Assembly: GCA_038087875.1 (NCBI GenBank)
Contig: CM075988.1
Location: 18,106,001-18,170,000, forward strand
From: Malacoraja senta
Lineage: Eukaryota
Length of the DNA stretch: 64,000 nucleotides
Direction: 5' to 3'
Shown here: piece by piece, positions 49,208 through 61,099 of the stretch
Layout: every line of letters begins with the position of its first letter
How positions within the stretch are numbered: the first letter of the stretch is position 1
Notes under the pieces: generated by a model
What the model saw: only the letters and a program-made list of their open reading frames with translations
Told to the model about the DNA's origin: nothing
The model's database searches: none
Program-made: the position numbers and the translations under genes

Positions 49208-49968
49208 CGGGGAGATGGAAGCCCTGCCGGCAGTCAGTCTGTTCGTCTTTTCACTCTTTTGTTATTTTTTTATTTTGTTAAAAGTTTTGTTTTAATGTTC
49301 TTTGGTTTGTTTTATGTGGGGGGAGGGGGGAGGGGATCGGGGAAAACTTTTTTTTTCAAGTTCCTACTTTGCCGGAGATGTGATTATTTTTCGGATCACA
49401 TTCTCCGGCGGCTCTGCGGCCTTCCGTCGCTGGAGCTGGAGGCATCCTCGGACTGTCGTGAGCCCCACCGCGGGGCGCGGACTTAACATCGGAGCTGATC
49501 CCTTGCCTGGGATCGCTCCCACTGCGACCACCGCGGAACTAACACCAAGGTCTCGCAGTCTTCGGATGAGGTTGAGTCGGGAGCTCCAACGTAGTGGTAG
49601 GTTCGACCAGCCCCGACGCGAGGTTCGATCGCCTGGCACGGGGGAGCTGACATCCCCCCGATGTGGGAGCTTGATCGCCTCGACGGAGAAGGCCCGAACG
49701 CCGCCGGCTATGGGAGTTAGATCGTCCCGTCAACGGGGGCTCGAGGCCCACGACCGAGGAAGAACTAAGGGGAAGGACTTGAACTTTATTTCGCCTTCCA
49801 TCACAGTGAGGAATGTGTAGGAGTCACTGTGGTGGATGTTCATGTTAAAATATGTTTTTGAGTGATCTGTTACTTTTAATTGTATGACTGACCCGGCCAA
49901 TGAAATTCCTCGTATGTTGCAAAACATACTTGGCGAATAAAGTGTGATTCTGATTCTGATTCTGATTG
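49200..49968 (+). mobile_element. GC-rich non-autonomous retroelement, copy E
   Basis: ggggcgcc...cagtctgttcgtcttttc 5' end, CpG-rich core, ccatcacagtga...tcactgtggtgg stem-loop, then AATAAA and a (GATTCT)n tail. Confidence 0.7.
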
Positions 49969-52015
49969 TTGTGGACTGGGTTCCTGTTCACACCCACTGT
50001 AACATCAAATGGTCTTCCTTGATTCAATGTGTGTGATACCTCACTGTCCCTGTAATGTTTGGCCAATAAATTGCTTCCCTTTTGAAACAAAAAAACCTTC
50101 AAACAGTTAATGTATTTTTCAGCTGACGGGGCTACTTTTAAAACATTCACCTTACCTTTCTGTCAGATGTGAAATAACCTGCACAGCCTTTCCAGAGTTT
50201 GAAGACAGACACAAAATTCTGGAGTAACTCAGCGGGGCAGGCCGCATCTCTGGAGAAAAAGAATTTTGATTCGAGACTTTCCCCCTCCCTATCTCTCGGT
50301 CCGACGAAGGGTATCGCTGAGTCTCCAGCATTTTGTGTCTGGCTTCAGTGTAAACCAGCATCTGTAGTTCCTTCCTACACATTTCCTGAGCTTGGTTGAG
50401 TTTCATATCTCCTTTACAACTGAGCTTGTGGCTTCACTGTGTGACACAGAGTTTCACCCTTTCACAGATATCAGTGAGTACGATGCATGGTGATGACTGC
50501 TTTCATCACGTGAGTTAAGCCCACACTCTGCACCTTTGGCACCCTTTGCTAACCAGGAGAAAAGGAGCCAAGTGCAAAGCTATTCTGGACTAATTATACA
50601 TTTCATTTGCAAATAATTGGATGGCACAATCACTTCCTCACCTTTCCTACAGCTGTCCTCTTTGATAAACCAAATTCTCCTTATGTTTTTTCTGAGAACA
50701 TAAATTAGCAGAGACACCAGCAAACTGCAGGTGCTGGAAACGTGAGCAAAAAACAAAGTGCTGGAGGAACTCAGCGGGTGGGGCAGCATCTGTGGATGAA
50801 GTGGACTGACCATGATATGGGTCGGGACAACTTCTTCACACTGATCAGTTGTCTGTCCATTCCCTCCGCAGATGCTGCCTGACCTGCCGAGTTCTTCCAG
50901 CACTTTGTATTTCTGCATTTATTAATTGCTGTTTTTCACACAAGCTAATGCTAAGCTGTATTTCTCCATTCTAGCCACGGTGGAAGCGCCTGTGAGAGGG
51001 GACTACAGCCGCAGATTTTAATTATCTATAGATAGAAGATAGACACAAAATGCTGGGGAGAGGAAAACTAGCGGTATGAATGACACGATACGATATGATA
51101 TGATAGAACTTTATTGATCCCAGGAGGGAAATTGGTCTGGCAATATAAACACAAGATACATGAAACATGAAATTAAAGTGTCGAGTGGAAAGTCCAGGAT
51201 TGGGGATGTGTGAAGATTGGGGAGGGGGGTGACGGGGGGGAGGGGGTTATGGGGAAGGGGAGTCAGTCTACCCCCGACAGGAGGGGGAGGAGTTGTACAG
51301 TTAGATAGCCTCGGGGAAAAAGGATCTCCTGTGGCGTTCTATGCTACACAGAATAGGTACAAAGAACAAAATGGGAACAACAATAGATAACGAAATAATC
51401 TCTGTTTACTTCCCCTAACTTAATTGTCATATTTATTGGTTTTCACACACTTGGCTCTTTATGTTCCTCATCATATGCTCTCATTAAGTGGAACGGGACT
51501 TGCATTCTCTGTAAATGTTTTTGCCATGCAATCCACAATGTTATTTGCCTTGAATGTCTATCCTTTGCACAGACATTTAACATCTCAATCAGAGCGGCAG
51601 CAGCTGTCTATTTACTTGTGAAATAATATATGAGGTTGAAATGTAATTTTTTGGGTCTCATGAATACTGATCAAACAGCTAAGACCACCATCTATTTCTA
51701 GAGGTGTTCTTTCAACACTCGATGTATTAACAACATCTGTGGTTTTCCTTTGAATGGATTTAGTGGAAAGCATTTTTAATATCTTGCCATTTGAAAACAT
51801 CGGGTACGTTTTCATAATGTCTGTTCCAGCGTCCCTTGAAATATCAACATCTGTTGTCGGGGACACAAGCTCAGTAATTGCTATTTGTGATATTAATGGC
51901 TCATCAGTTAATTAATTAATTTATAAGGTTGTTTCTAGGGAATGAGGGTCTTGCTTTCTGGCTGAGAAAGCGTGAGACTGGTCTGCATTGACCGGAGTTG
52001 GGATGAATAGGGATC

Positions 52016-52240
52016 AGCGGCACAGTGGTGCAGTGGGTGGAGCTGCTGCTTCACAGCGCCAGAGACCGACCGGGGTTCGATCCTGACCTCGGGGTGTTGT
52101 CTGTGTGGAGTTTGTGCATTCTCTCCATGACTGCATGGGTTTCAGTCTCAAAGACGTGCGGGTTTGTGGGTGAAATTGACCCTCTGTAAATTGCCCCGAG
52201 TGTGTAGGGTGTGGATGGGAAAGTGGGATAGGATAGAGTG
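52016..52240 (+). mobile_element. HE1-type SINE
   Basis: gcggcacagtggtgcag head, gggttcgatcct B box. Confidence 0.8.
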
Positions 52241-53667
52241 GGTCGACCAAGGAGGCCCCGCAGCAGCCTGGGGTTTGCCTGAATTGAGCACCGCTCATAA
52301 CAACTGGAGCTTGGACTGGACTTGGAAAATGGCGGCAAAAACATGGCGCCTCTTGCATGCAGGCTTGGTCGACCATGTGTGTACAGTTGCTAATCGTGGG
52401 GTGGTATGCCGATACTCTACTGGACTGTTTGTGAGAAAATAATTTCCCTGTGCGTTTCTTTTGATCATAATAAAAGCACCATTGAACCATTAATGGTATA
52501 TCAAGAAATATGAATGCTGAGCAAACACTCTGCTTCATAAAACTCTTTCAAATATGCAGATTACATTTTCTTCAGATAAATATTTTGAAAACAAAATACA
52601 TCCCCAATATTAAAAAAAATCTTTCAAGTGATGAAATGACTTTTATGCCTCAAATCTTCATACTCAGTGTATATTACAAACTTTATTCCTCATTCGGTAC
52701 AAAAGGCAACCCATGCAAACTCCATCTTGGTGGCATTCTAATTTATTTTTTTATTTTTGTAAATTGTAAAACATCAAGATTTTAATTCAAACAGTCAAAA
52801 GTAAAATAGAACACCATCAAATTCCTGCCTCGCGCACCTATCCTAACAGATATGGGTAATGTTCTGTGCTATTGCAAGTAGATACGAAGGAAAGAATGGA
52901 CAATCCATACAACCTGTGCAGTGAATCCTTTCAAATGTTGTGTTATTAAATTATACAATTATTCATATTGATTGTACAATTGCTATTTAATGGCTTATTC
53001 TATTTCTGTTACAAAACACAATTTCGTGTTAATCTATCTTACTGAGGGCATGCAAGATTGTATTTTTGTGCTCAGAATCTTGCTAACAAAACAAGTTAAC
53101 AAGGTGATTTTATTCACTGCTTGAAAATAATAGCTGACAAAGGTTCGATGTGCCCAATGTGTAGTGTCGAAAACATTCACCATAATCTCTCCATCCCATC
53201 AAAATTAAATGTCGACGCCTTGGGGCATTTTGGGGAGAAGAGATTCCATGGTTACTTGATAATATTTTTTATTAGAAGTCACTGGTTGAGTAAGAGAATG
53301 CAAAATGGGATTACGTGCAAGTAAGACTTGAACTATCTCATATATATTAATGTGTACACTTGCTTTAGCTGTACGTCGTGACACTGGCTGGCTGGATGTG
53401 TGGCTAATTCCTTGTCAGTCAAGTTAAGCACCACACTGCTGTAATCAGCCGAGATTCATGCAAATTATGTTCAATTATTCTTGGTTTAAAACTCAGGAAA
53501 AATAACTCAGCAAACTTTTTTTTTCAAGATAAAATTCAATCTGACGTTAATTGTCAACCTCATCGAGTCCAAAAGTTGAACCTTGTGTGCTGTATTTCTG
53601 AAGGGCTGTTGAGAATGGGCAATGTATTCTGGTCAAAGACATCCAGGATAATTATTAAAAATAATCG

Positions 53668-54713
53668 CATTGGATGTTCTGATGTGTGGATGAAGTATTC
53701 AACAAAAACTTTGTGCATTCTCTCAGGGGACTAAAGCTGCCATGACGCTATCTTGTAGAGTGAAGAGTTTATCTGTCTGTTATCCAGTTGTTACCATATA
53801 GTTCATACGTTCACAAGTCCTAGGAACAGAATTAGGCCATTCTGCCCATCTAGACTATTCCGCCATTCAATCAGGGCTGATCTATTTTTCACTCTCAACC
53901 CCATTTTCCTGCAATAAGCAACCTTTTCTTCAAAGTGTACCCATGGGGTGTTTTTATATTCACCTTGTGTCCTCCCGCACTGCTCCTTAGATTATCCCTT
54001 TAAACCTTTCTATATAATTTCAGTGAGATTTTCCTTTAAGGGTAAGGATTTATATCCTGTCAAGTGACTATATATATCATTAAGAATTGGTTTGAAGTAT
54101 GTTAATTTTGGCTTTCTCCATCGTCTCCAGTGTCTGGAATCTCTGAGGCTCGGTAACAGGTAAGGGCAGATTGAGTCCTCTTTGGTGCAGGAATTTGGAC
54201 TGCTACATGCCGGGGCTTGGTCATCATTTTCTCTGCTTCAAGTATGTACCCACCTTGTCTCTCACACTCTGAGTCTCTCTATCTAAATAAGCACAAACAT
54301 TTCAGCTGACACTTCAATGTTGCACCATTGGATGCTCTAACGTTTAGATGAAGTGGTCAACAGAAACGTTGTGCATTCTCTCAGGGGACGAAAGCTGCCA
54401 TTGTGGTATTTAGAAGAGTGCAGAGATCTACCGGGAAACTGCAACAAAGCCTCTCAGCCAGGACATAGATGGACGCAGGATGAAAATAGCAGGACGTGTA
54501 CTCAGAATGTCACCAGAACGTGCACCTAAGATAGCAATGACATGGCAAGCTGACAGAAGAAGGAAAAGAGGCCGACCAAAACTCACATGGAGGCGAACAT
54601 TCTAGAAAGATTTGGAAGTCTGGGGCGCAAGCCTATCGAGGGTGGAAGACGTCGCACATAACCGAACAGAATGGCAAAAGCTTGCTGCCCAATGCACTCA
54701 ACAGTGTGGGAGG

Positions 54714-54749
<36 letters not shown>

Positions 54750-54750
54750 G

Positions 54751-54788
<38 letters not shown>

Positions 54789-55019
54789 AGCAGAGTGTAT
54801 TTTCTATCTGTTATCCAGTTGTTATATAAGTTCATAAGTTCACAAGTCATAGGGGCAGAATTAGGCCATTCGGCCCATCCAGTCTGTTGCGCCGTTCAAT
54901 CATGGCCGATCTATTTTTTTCCTCTCAACATTCTCCTGCAATAAAGGGCCTTCTCTTCAAAGTGGAGCCACGGGGTGTTTAATGTCCACATTGTGCCCTC
55001 CCTCACTGCTCCTTAGATT
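53668..55019 (+). repeat. Local direct duplication of ~325 bp (53668-53993 and 54326-55019)
   Basis: Shared unique anchors cattggatg, ttgtgcattctctcaggggac, tctgttatccagttgtta and cactgctccttagatt, plus the same embedded CR1 tail. Confidence 0.85.
54426..54789 (+). mobile_element. RTE-clade LINE 3' end with (TAAC)n tail
   Basis: RRMKIAGRVLRMSPERAPKIAMTW...RKRGRPKLTWRRT...AHNRTEWQKL is a typical RTE C-terminus. TSD gcagag at 54420 and 54790. Confidence 0.85.
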
Positions 55020-55099
55020 GTGTGTTGAGAGCACTTGGCATTTTGCTCCAGAGACATACTCAATGTACACTGTCGGTGTGGGGATGGAGGGGGGGATGG

Positions 55100-55300
55100 A
55101 CCTGCGTGGGTTTTCTCCGGGCGCTCCGGTTTCCTCCCACACGCCAAAGACGTGCAGGTGTGTATGTTAATTGGCGCGGGTAAAAATTGTAACTTTGTCC
55201 CTTGTGTGGATAGTGCTAGTGTACGGAGATCGCTGGTCGGCACGGACTCAGTGGGCTGAAGGGCCTGTTTCCGCACTGTATTTCTGAAAACCATACTAAA
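55100..55300 (+). mobile_element. HE1-type SINE, 5'-truncated
   Basis: Core and tail only. Confidence 0.82.
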
Positions 55301-56101
55301 CAAAGTTTTGAGGAGATGCACTAACTGATCACGGCACCATCTCTGAGAGGAGAGAAAACAACTGTGATGTGATTTATTCTTATCCACTCTTCCTCGTTCA
55401 TTTGATTCCTTTGGATAATGTGAAAAATATATAGCAATTCTTCACCACACTGCTAATGTCTTCAGTTTATAAAGTTTCATTTGATTCAGGCGAGCGTTAT
55501 CTCATCTCAGAAAGAGAAGTGGTGAGATTTCTGGCTGCCTTCCAAGCAAGGGACTATTATAAAGGCACAAGGTAGTGCGAATCTCCAGAATGCATTGAAT
55601 CTGTAACACAATTGCAGGGTTCAGTCTATGTTAATAAACTGTCTCAGCTCTGCTCCGGCATTTTATGATGTAATTCAAAGCTATCGATTGTTTTTAACTT
55701 TGTAATGGAGTTCTGGGCATATATTCTGCAGGTTCATTAAAATAACATGATCATTTTCCAGCGGCTTCATAAATCTAATACAATGATACTAAGACAAATA
55801 AAAGCTAAAGAGGAGAAGGCAATCACACATTAAAATACAAGCCGCACAGTGGTCTGCCAGAATTGCAACAATAAGCTAATATTTGCATTGCTTGCTCTAA
55901 TTGTGTCAGGTAAAAGTAGTCAATGAGTCTGTGTCTATTGCCAGTTAATCTGTGAGTTTGTTTGTTCAAAGGACAGGGAGGTAGATATTCATCACCAGTC
56001 TCCAGCAAGGAGGAGACCTGTGGTATTGACCGCTGTTTGTGTGCTCTGCCTGGTCACTGGCACTCCGACACGGGGTGGTGAGGGCAGTGACTGGTGTTTA
56101 A

Positions 56102-56842
56102 ACACACACACGCATGCGCACACTCACACGCGTGCACGTGCACACACACACACACACACGTGCGCGCACACACACACACACACACACGTGCACGCACACA
56201 CACACACAAACAGAGGAACACACACGCGCGCGCACACACACTCATGCACACAAACTCATACTCCGGGATCTCATTGAAACATATAAGATTGTTAAGGGCT
56301 TGGACACACTAGAGGCAGGAAACATGTTCCCGATGTTGGGGGAGTCCAGAACCAGCGGCCACAGTTTAAGAATAAGGAGTAAGCCATTTAGAACGGAGAC
56401 GAGGAAACACTTTTTCTCACAGAGAGTGGTGAGTCTGTGGAATTCTCTGCCTCAGAGGGCGGTGGAGGCTGGTTCTCTGGATGCTGTCAAGAGAGAGCTA
56501 GATAGGGCTCTTAAAAATAGCGGAGTCAGGGGATATGGGGAGAAGGCAGGAACGGGGTACTGATTGGGGATGATCAGCCATGATCACATTGAATGGTGGT
56601 GCTGGCTCGAAGGGCCAAATGGCCTACTCCTGCACCTATTGTCTATTGTCTATTGTCATACCCACACACACTAATGCACATGCACACGCGCACACAGGCA
56701 TACACATGCACACGCACACATAAGCACAGACGCGCACATACACACACACGCACACACACTAACGCACATGCACACGCGCACACAGGCATACACATGCATA
56801 CGCACACACAAGCACAGACGCGTGCATACACGCACACACAAC
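56102..56842. repeat. (CA)n-type microsatellite split by a young CR1 3' end (+, 56265-56656)
   Basis: CA-rich arrays at 56102-56260 and 56660-56842 flank DLIETYKIVKGLD...GTGY* and a (TATTGTC)n tail. Confidence 0.9.
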
Positions 56843-57471
56843 CAGGAGAACCAACATTTCTATTCTCTGGTCCACACTGAAACTACAGCAGCACCTCCCA
56901 ATGAGGGCAGGGTGGTGTTACCAGAATACAGAAGAGTACAGCCTCACAGAAACGATACACATAAAATCACTATCATTTAGAGCAAAATACTGGGTTGATG
57001 GATAGGTGACCTGCCAATCCTCCCTTTCTCTATTTAGGATTAACAATATCACGATTCATAGTTTGATGCTTCAACTCATCGTCGAGTCAGGAAACCTGTG
57101 CTGCATTTCGATGAATGACGAGATGTCGCCCCTCAGGCGTACAATGCCTTGCACATGAAACGTTCACCTGAGATGTAACCCTGCTTCCCTTCCACTTGCT
57201 GAGGGCAGCCAGCGTCTCCTGATTGTTCACCATCACACGCACCAACACGCACAACAATCTTGATTGAAATAACAGTGATTTTATGTGTATAATTTCTATG
57301 AATCCGTCCTCTTCTGTATCCTCCTGGTAACACCAGCCTGCTCTCATTGGGAAGTGTTGCTGTCGTGCCAGTGTGTAGAGGGGGGGGGGGAGCTTTGAAA
57401 GGACGAGGAATGGTTGTCCATCCTTGGCAAAAGTAGTGTGAAGAAGGGATCCGACCCGAAATGTCACCCAT

Positions 57472-58072
57472 GCTAACCAGTCAGCGGAAAGACTAGACAT
57501 GATCACAATCGAGCCGTCCACAGTGTGTGCAGATATATGATAACGGGAATGGCGTTTAGTGCAAGTTGAAGTCCAGTAAAGTCCAATTGAAGATAGCCCG
57601 AGGTTCTCCACTGAGATAGACAGTAGCTCAGGACTGCTCTCTTGTTGTAGATAGGATGGTTCAATTGCTGATAAAGCTGGCAAGAAACTGTCCGTGAATC
57701 TGGAGGTGTGCGTTTTCACACTTCTGTACCTGAGAGGGGAGAAGAGGGAGTGACTGGGTTGAGAATCGTCCTTCATAATGCTGAGGCAGCGAGACGTGTA
57801 GATGGAGTCAATGGAAGGGAGGTTGGTTTGTGTGATGGTCTGGTCTGCGTCCACAATTCTCTGCAATTTCTTGCGGTCTTGGATGGAGCTGTTCCCAAAC
57901 CACGTGGTGATGCCCCCCGATCAAATGCTTTCTACAGCATATCTGTAGAAGTTGGTGAGAGTTATTGGAGAAATGCCAAACTTCCTACGCCTTCTAAGGA
58001 AGTAGAGGCGTCAGTGTGCTTTCTCAGCCATTGCTTCGATACGGGTGTCCAGGATATAAGTTGCTGGTGATA
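57472..58072 (-). mobile_element. Rex1/Babar-like LINE 3' end
   Basis: LQRIVDADQTITQTNLPSIDSIYTSRCL...HTSRFTDSFLPA. Confidence 0.85.
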
Positions 58073-58377
58073 TTTACTCAAATATTAATAAATGTAGCTG
58101 AATTTTTAATTGTACGCATTCTGGCACCTTTTTGGTCAATAAAACACCCAATGCTTGCAACAATTTCCTCTGGGAAAATTGGTGCTTGAAAACAGAAAGA
58201 CAGGTCCAGGTGTCAGAAGCATTTGCAGCTTCAGTAACACTGAGAAGTTTGTGAATAAGATGGTACAATTGTCACCCTGCCCCCTTCATTATCACAGGGT
58301 ATTGTCAGAGGTTCATCTTTCTGTTCCAAGGAGCGATTTGTGGGGAAAGGAACTGCAGATGCTGGTTTACACCGAAG

Positions 58378-58735
58378 ATAAAATCATGAGAGGAATGGAT
58401 CAGGTAGGTGCACAGAGTCTCCTGCCCAGAATAGGTGAATCGAGGACCTGAAGACATAGGTTTAAGGTGAAGGGGAAAAGATTGAATAGGAATCTGAGGG
58501 GTAACTTTTTCACACAAATGGTGGTGGGTGTATTGAACAAGCTGCCAGAGGAAGTAGTTGAGGCTGGGACTATCCCGACATTTAAGAAACAGTTAGACAG
58601 GTACATGGTGTTTGGAGGGATATGGACCAAACGCGGGCAGGTGGGACTAGTGTAGCTGGGACATGTTGGCCGGTGCGGGCAAGTTAGGCTGAAGGGCCTG
58701 TTTCCACGCTGTATCACTATGATTCTATAACTCTA
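58378..58735 (+). mobile_element. CR1/HER1-like 3' end
   Basis: KIMRGMDQV...RNLRGNFFTQMVVGVLNKLPEEVVEAG. Confidence 0.85.
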
Positions 58736-59693
58736 TAGACACAAAATGCTGGAGTAACTCAGCGGGTCAGGCAGCTTCTCTGGATAGAAGGAATGGGTGA
58801 CGTTTTGGGTCGGGACCCTCCTTCAGACTGAGAGTCAGGGGAGAAGGAGACACAGAGCTATGGAAGGGAACAGGTTAAAGTTACCTGGAGAAAGGCAGCA
58901 GACTCGGCATTGGGGAGAGGCTTCCCCATCGCTGACGGCTCTTTCACGCGCCCATTGTCCCACACAAGAGCTTCAGGTGTGACACTCCTTCCTGTTGATT
59001 CCTGCAGATAGAAGAATAATGAGTGATCGGAATTACATTTCAGACCCAGTGCAGGGAGAGAATGGAAGCCTAGAGAGGCAGGATGAATGAAAGCTTTGTG
59101 CTGCCACAGCGCAAGGTGGAATAATAGCGACAGGAGAATTGCAAAGTAGAAATTCAATCACCTTAAACAAAGACAGAATTGGAGAGTTTTATGGATCTAA
59201 TTTGAACCCTGAGATTAGATAATTTGGTGGTTGTTAGTAACATTATGTGAGCAGGTCGGACCAGAGATGTTATTGGGACATGGAACAGTACGGCACAGAC
59301 ACAGGCCCTTCAGCTCACAATGCTTGTGCCATACACGATGCCTAGCAGAAATGATCTCATCTGCATGCACATGGTCCATATCCCTCTATTCCCTGCACTT
59401 CCATGCGCCTATCTAAAAGCCTCTTAAACGCCACTATCGCATGTGCCTCCAGCACCACCCCTGGCAATGCATTCCAGGCCCCCACCACTCTCCGAGTAAA
59501 CAAGTTGCCCCACACATCTTCTTTAAACTCTCCTGGACCAGGCAGGCTGGAGGACCCGTTTGGCACGAACCAGACCTTCCATTCCAATACTCACATTTAC
59601 CTATAACTTAGGAGGCCGTTCACCCATCAGATCGATGCTGGCTCTCCCTTGCCAGTTCCAATTTACTTCCCTGCAACTTGCGGGGCGACGTAT

Positions 59694-59920
59694 GGGGCGG
59701 CATAGTGGCGCAGCGGTAGAGTTGTTTTTTCCGAGTGCTCTTATTTCCTCCCACATTCCAAAGACATCCGAGTTTGAAGGTTAATTGGCCTTGGTAAAGA
59801 TTGTAAATCGGCCCTGGTGTGTAGGATAGTGCTAGTGTACAGGATGATCGCTGGTCACTCGATGGGCCGAAGGGCCTGTTTCCTTCCGCCCTGTATCTCT
59901 AAAGTCTAAAACTAAACTCT
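59694..59920 (+). mobile_element. HE1-type SINE with an internal deletion
   Basis: The head ggggcggcatagtggcgcagcggtagag is joined directly to the core. Tail present. Confidence 0.8.
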
Positions 59921-60749
59921 AACCCTATCCCTGTATTTTTCACTAACTGTGGCCAGGTAATAATCCCATTGTTCTCTGTGTCCTTCCAATCCCCTCATCA
60001 ACCTGATGAAAGGTCCCGGCCTGAAAGGTCGTCAGGCACTACTCCCTCCACAGACGTTGCCTGACCTGCTGAGTTACTCCAGCACTCCGTGTCTTTTGTT
60101 CCCTTCCTCAGAAATGACTTGGATTTGGACGTGAGGTGATGCGGTGACCAGCTCTTCCATGCGGGACAACCGAATGTGAAAATGTTACGAAACACCTCTC
60201 TGCGATAATCTAGCTGAAACCTAAAACACAGAATATGGAATTAGAGGCTGAGGAGGTCCTTATAGTTGTGTACAAGAGGGGAATAGAGAAGTATATTTTC
60301 TTTGTGTTGGATACTTGTCTTTCACTTTGATCGTCACCCAGACTTATGTTGACACATTTTCACCTGTAATCGATACTTGCTTTTTGACAACTTCCCTCTG
60401 TGTTCTGCAGCAGATATTGAATCTGTAGTTGGTATAATACATGACATCAGTGAGGTGCCACACTCTCTTCTGCCCAGCTCCACTGTGTGTCTCATTTATC
60501 ACCTCCACATTTGTGGCCCAGTCCCCTATTTGTCATGATAACTTTCAATGAGGATCTGAGTTAGCGGCGGCCTTATATCCCGAGGGTCTTGCATGCCAGC
60601 CCCTTGGTCTGTCCCCTCTCACTCCCATTAGCAGCCTACGTTCTTCCTCAGTGGTCAGGTTTACGGACTGACCACGGACTAAATATCCGGGGTTCAATTT
60701 AAGAACTCCCACTTGAGAAATCTGTTTGATCTGAATTTTGAATCCCATT

Positions 60750-61072
60750 CTGTCTGTCCTGGGCCTCCTCCATGGCCAGAGTGAGGACCACCATAAATTG
60801 GAGGAGCAGCACCTCATATTTCGCTTGGGCAGTTTGCACCCCAGCGGTATGAACATAGACTTCTCTAATTTCAGGTAGACCCTACTTTCTCCTCCCCTTC
60901 TCAACTCTCCCTCAGCCCATTGGCTCCACCTCTTCCTTTCTTCATCCCGCACCCCCCCCCCCACCCTCACATCAGTCTGAAGAAGGGTTTTGACCTGAAA
61001 CGTTGCCTATTTCCTTCGCTCCATAGATGCTGCCTCACCTGCTGAGTTTCTCCAGCATTTTTGTCTACCTTC
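60750..61072 (+). mobile_element. Penelope-like element 3' end: ORF C-terminus (GIY-YIG end) plus terminal repeat with hammerhead motif
   Basis: 60750-60878 translates LSVLGLLHGQSEDHHKLEEQHLIFRLGSLHPSGMNIDFSNFR*, the R..LE...I..L.TL.P.GLN pattern of Penelope GIY-YIG ends. Then comes cagt-CTGAAGA-agggttttgacct-GAAAC-GTT and the gatgctgcc...gctgagtt tail. Confidence 0.85.
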
Positions 61073-61099
61073 TTGCTACAGCGATGGACCATACAGCTT

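Noticed and set aside
51219..51290. G-quadruplex as a regulatory element
   Set aside because: The G-runs lie within a LINE 3' UTR remnant, with no evidence of function.
51612..51866. 84-aa minus-strand ORF as a host exon
   Set aside because: No recognisable homology and no convincing splice-site pair. Cannot be supported without a search.
54338..54372. Hammerhead-like tagatga...gaaacgtt
   Set aside because: CUGA is absent, stem II does not pair, and the duplicated copy at ~53685 lacks GAAA.
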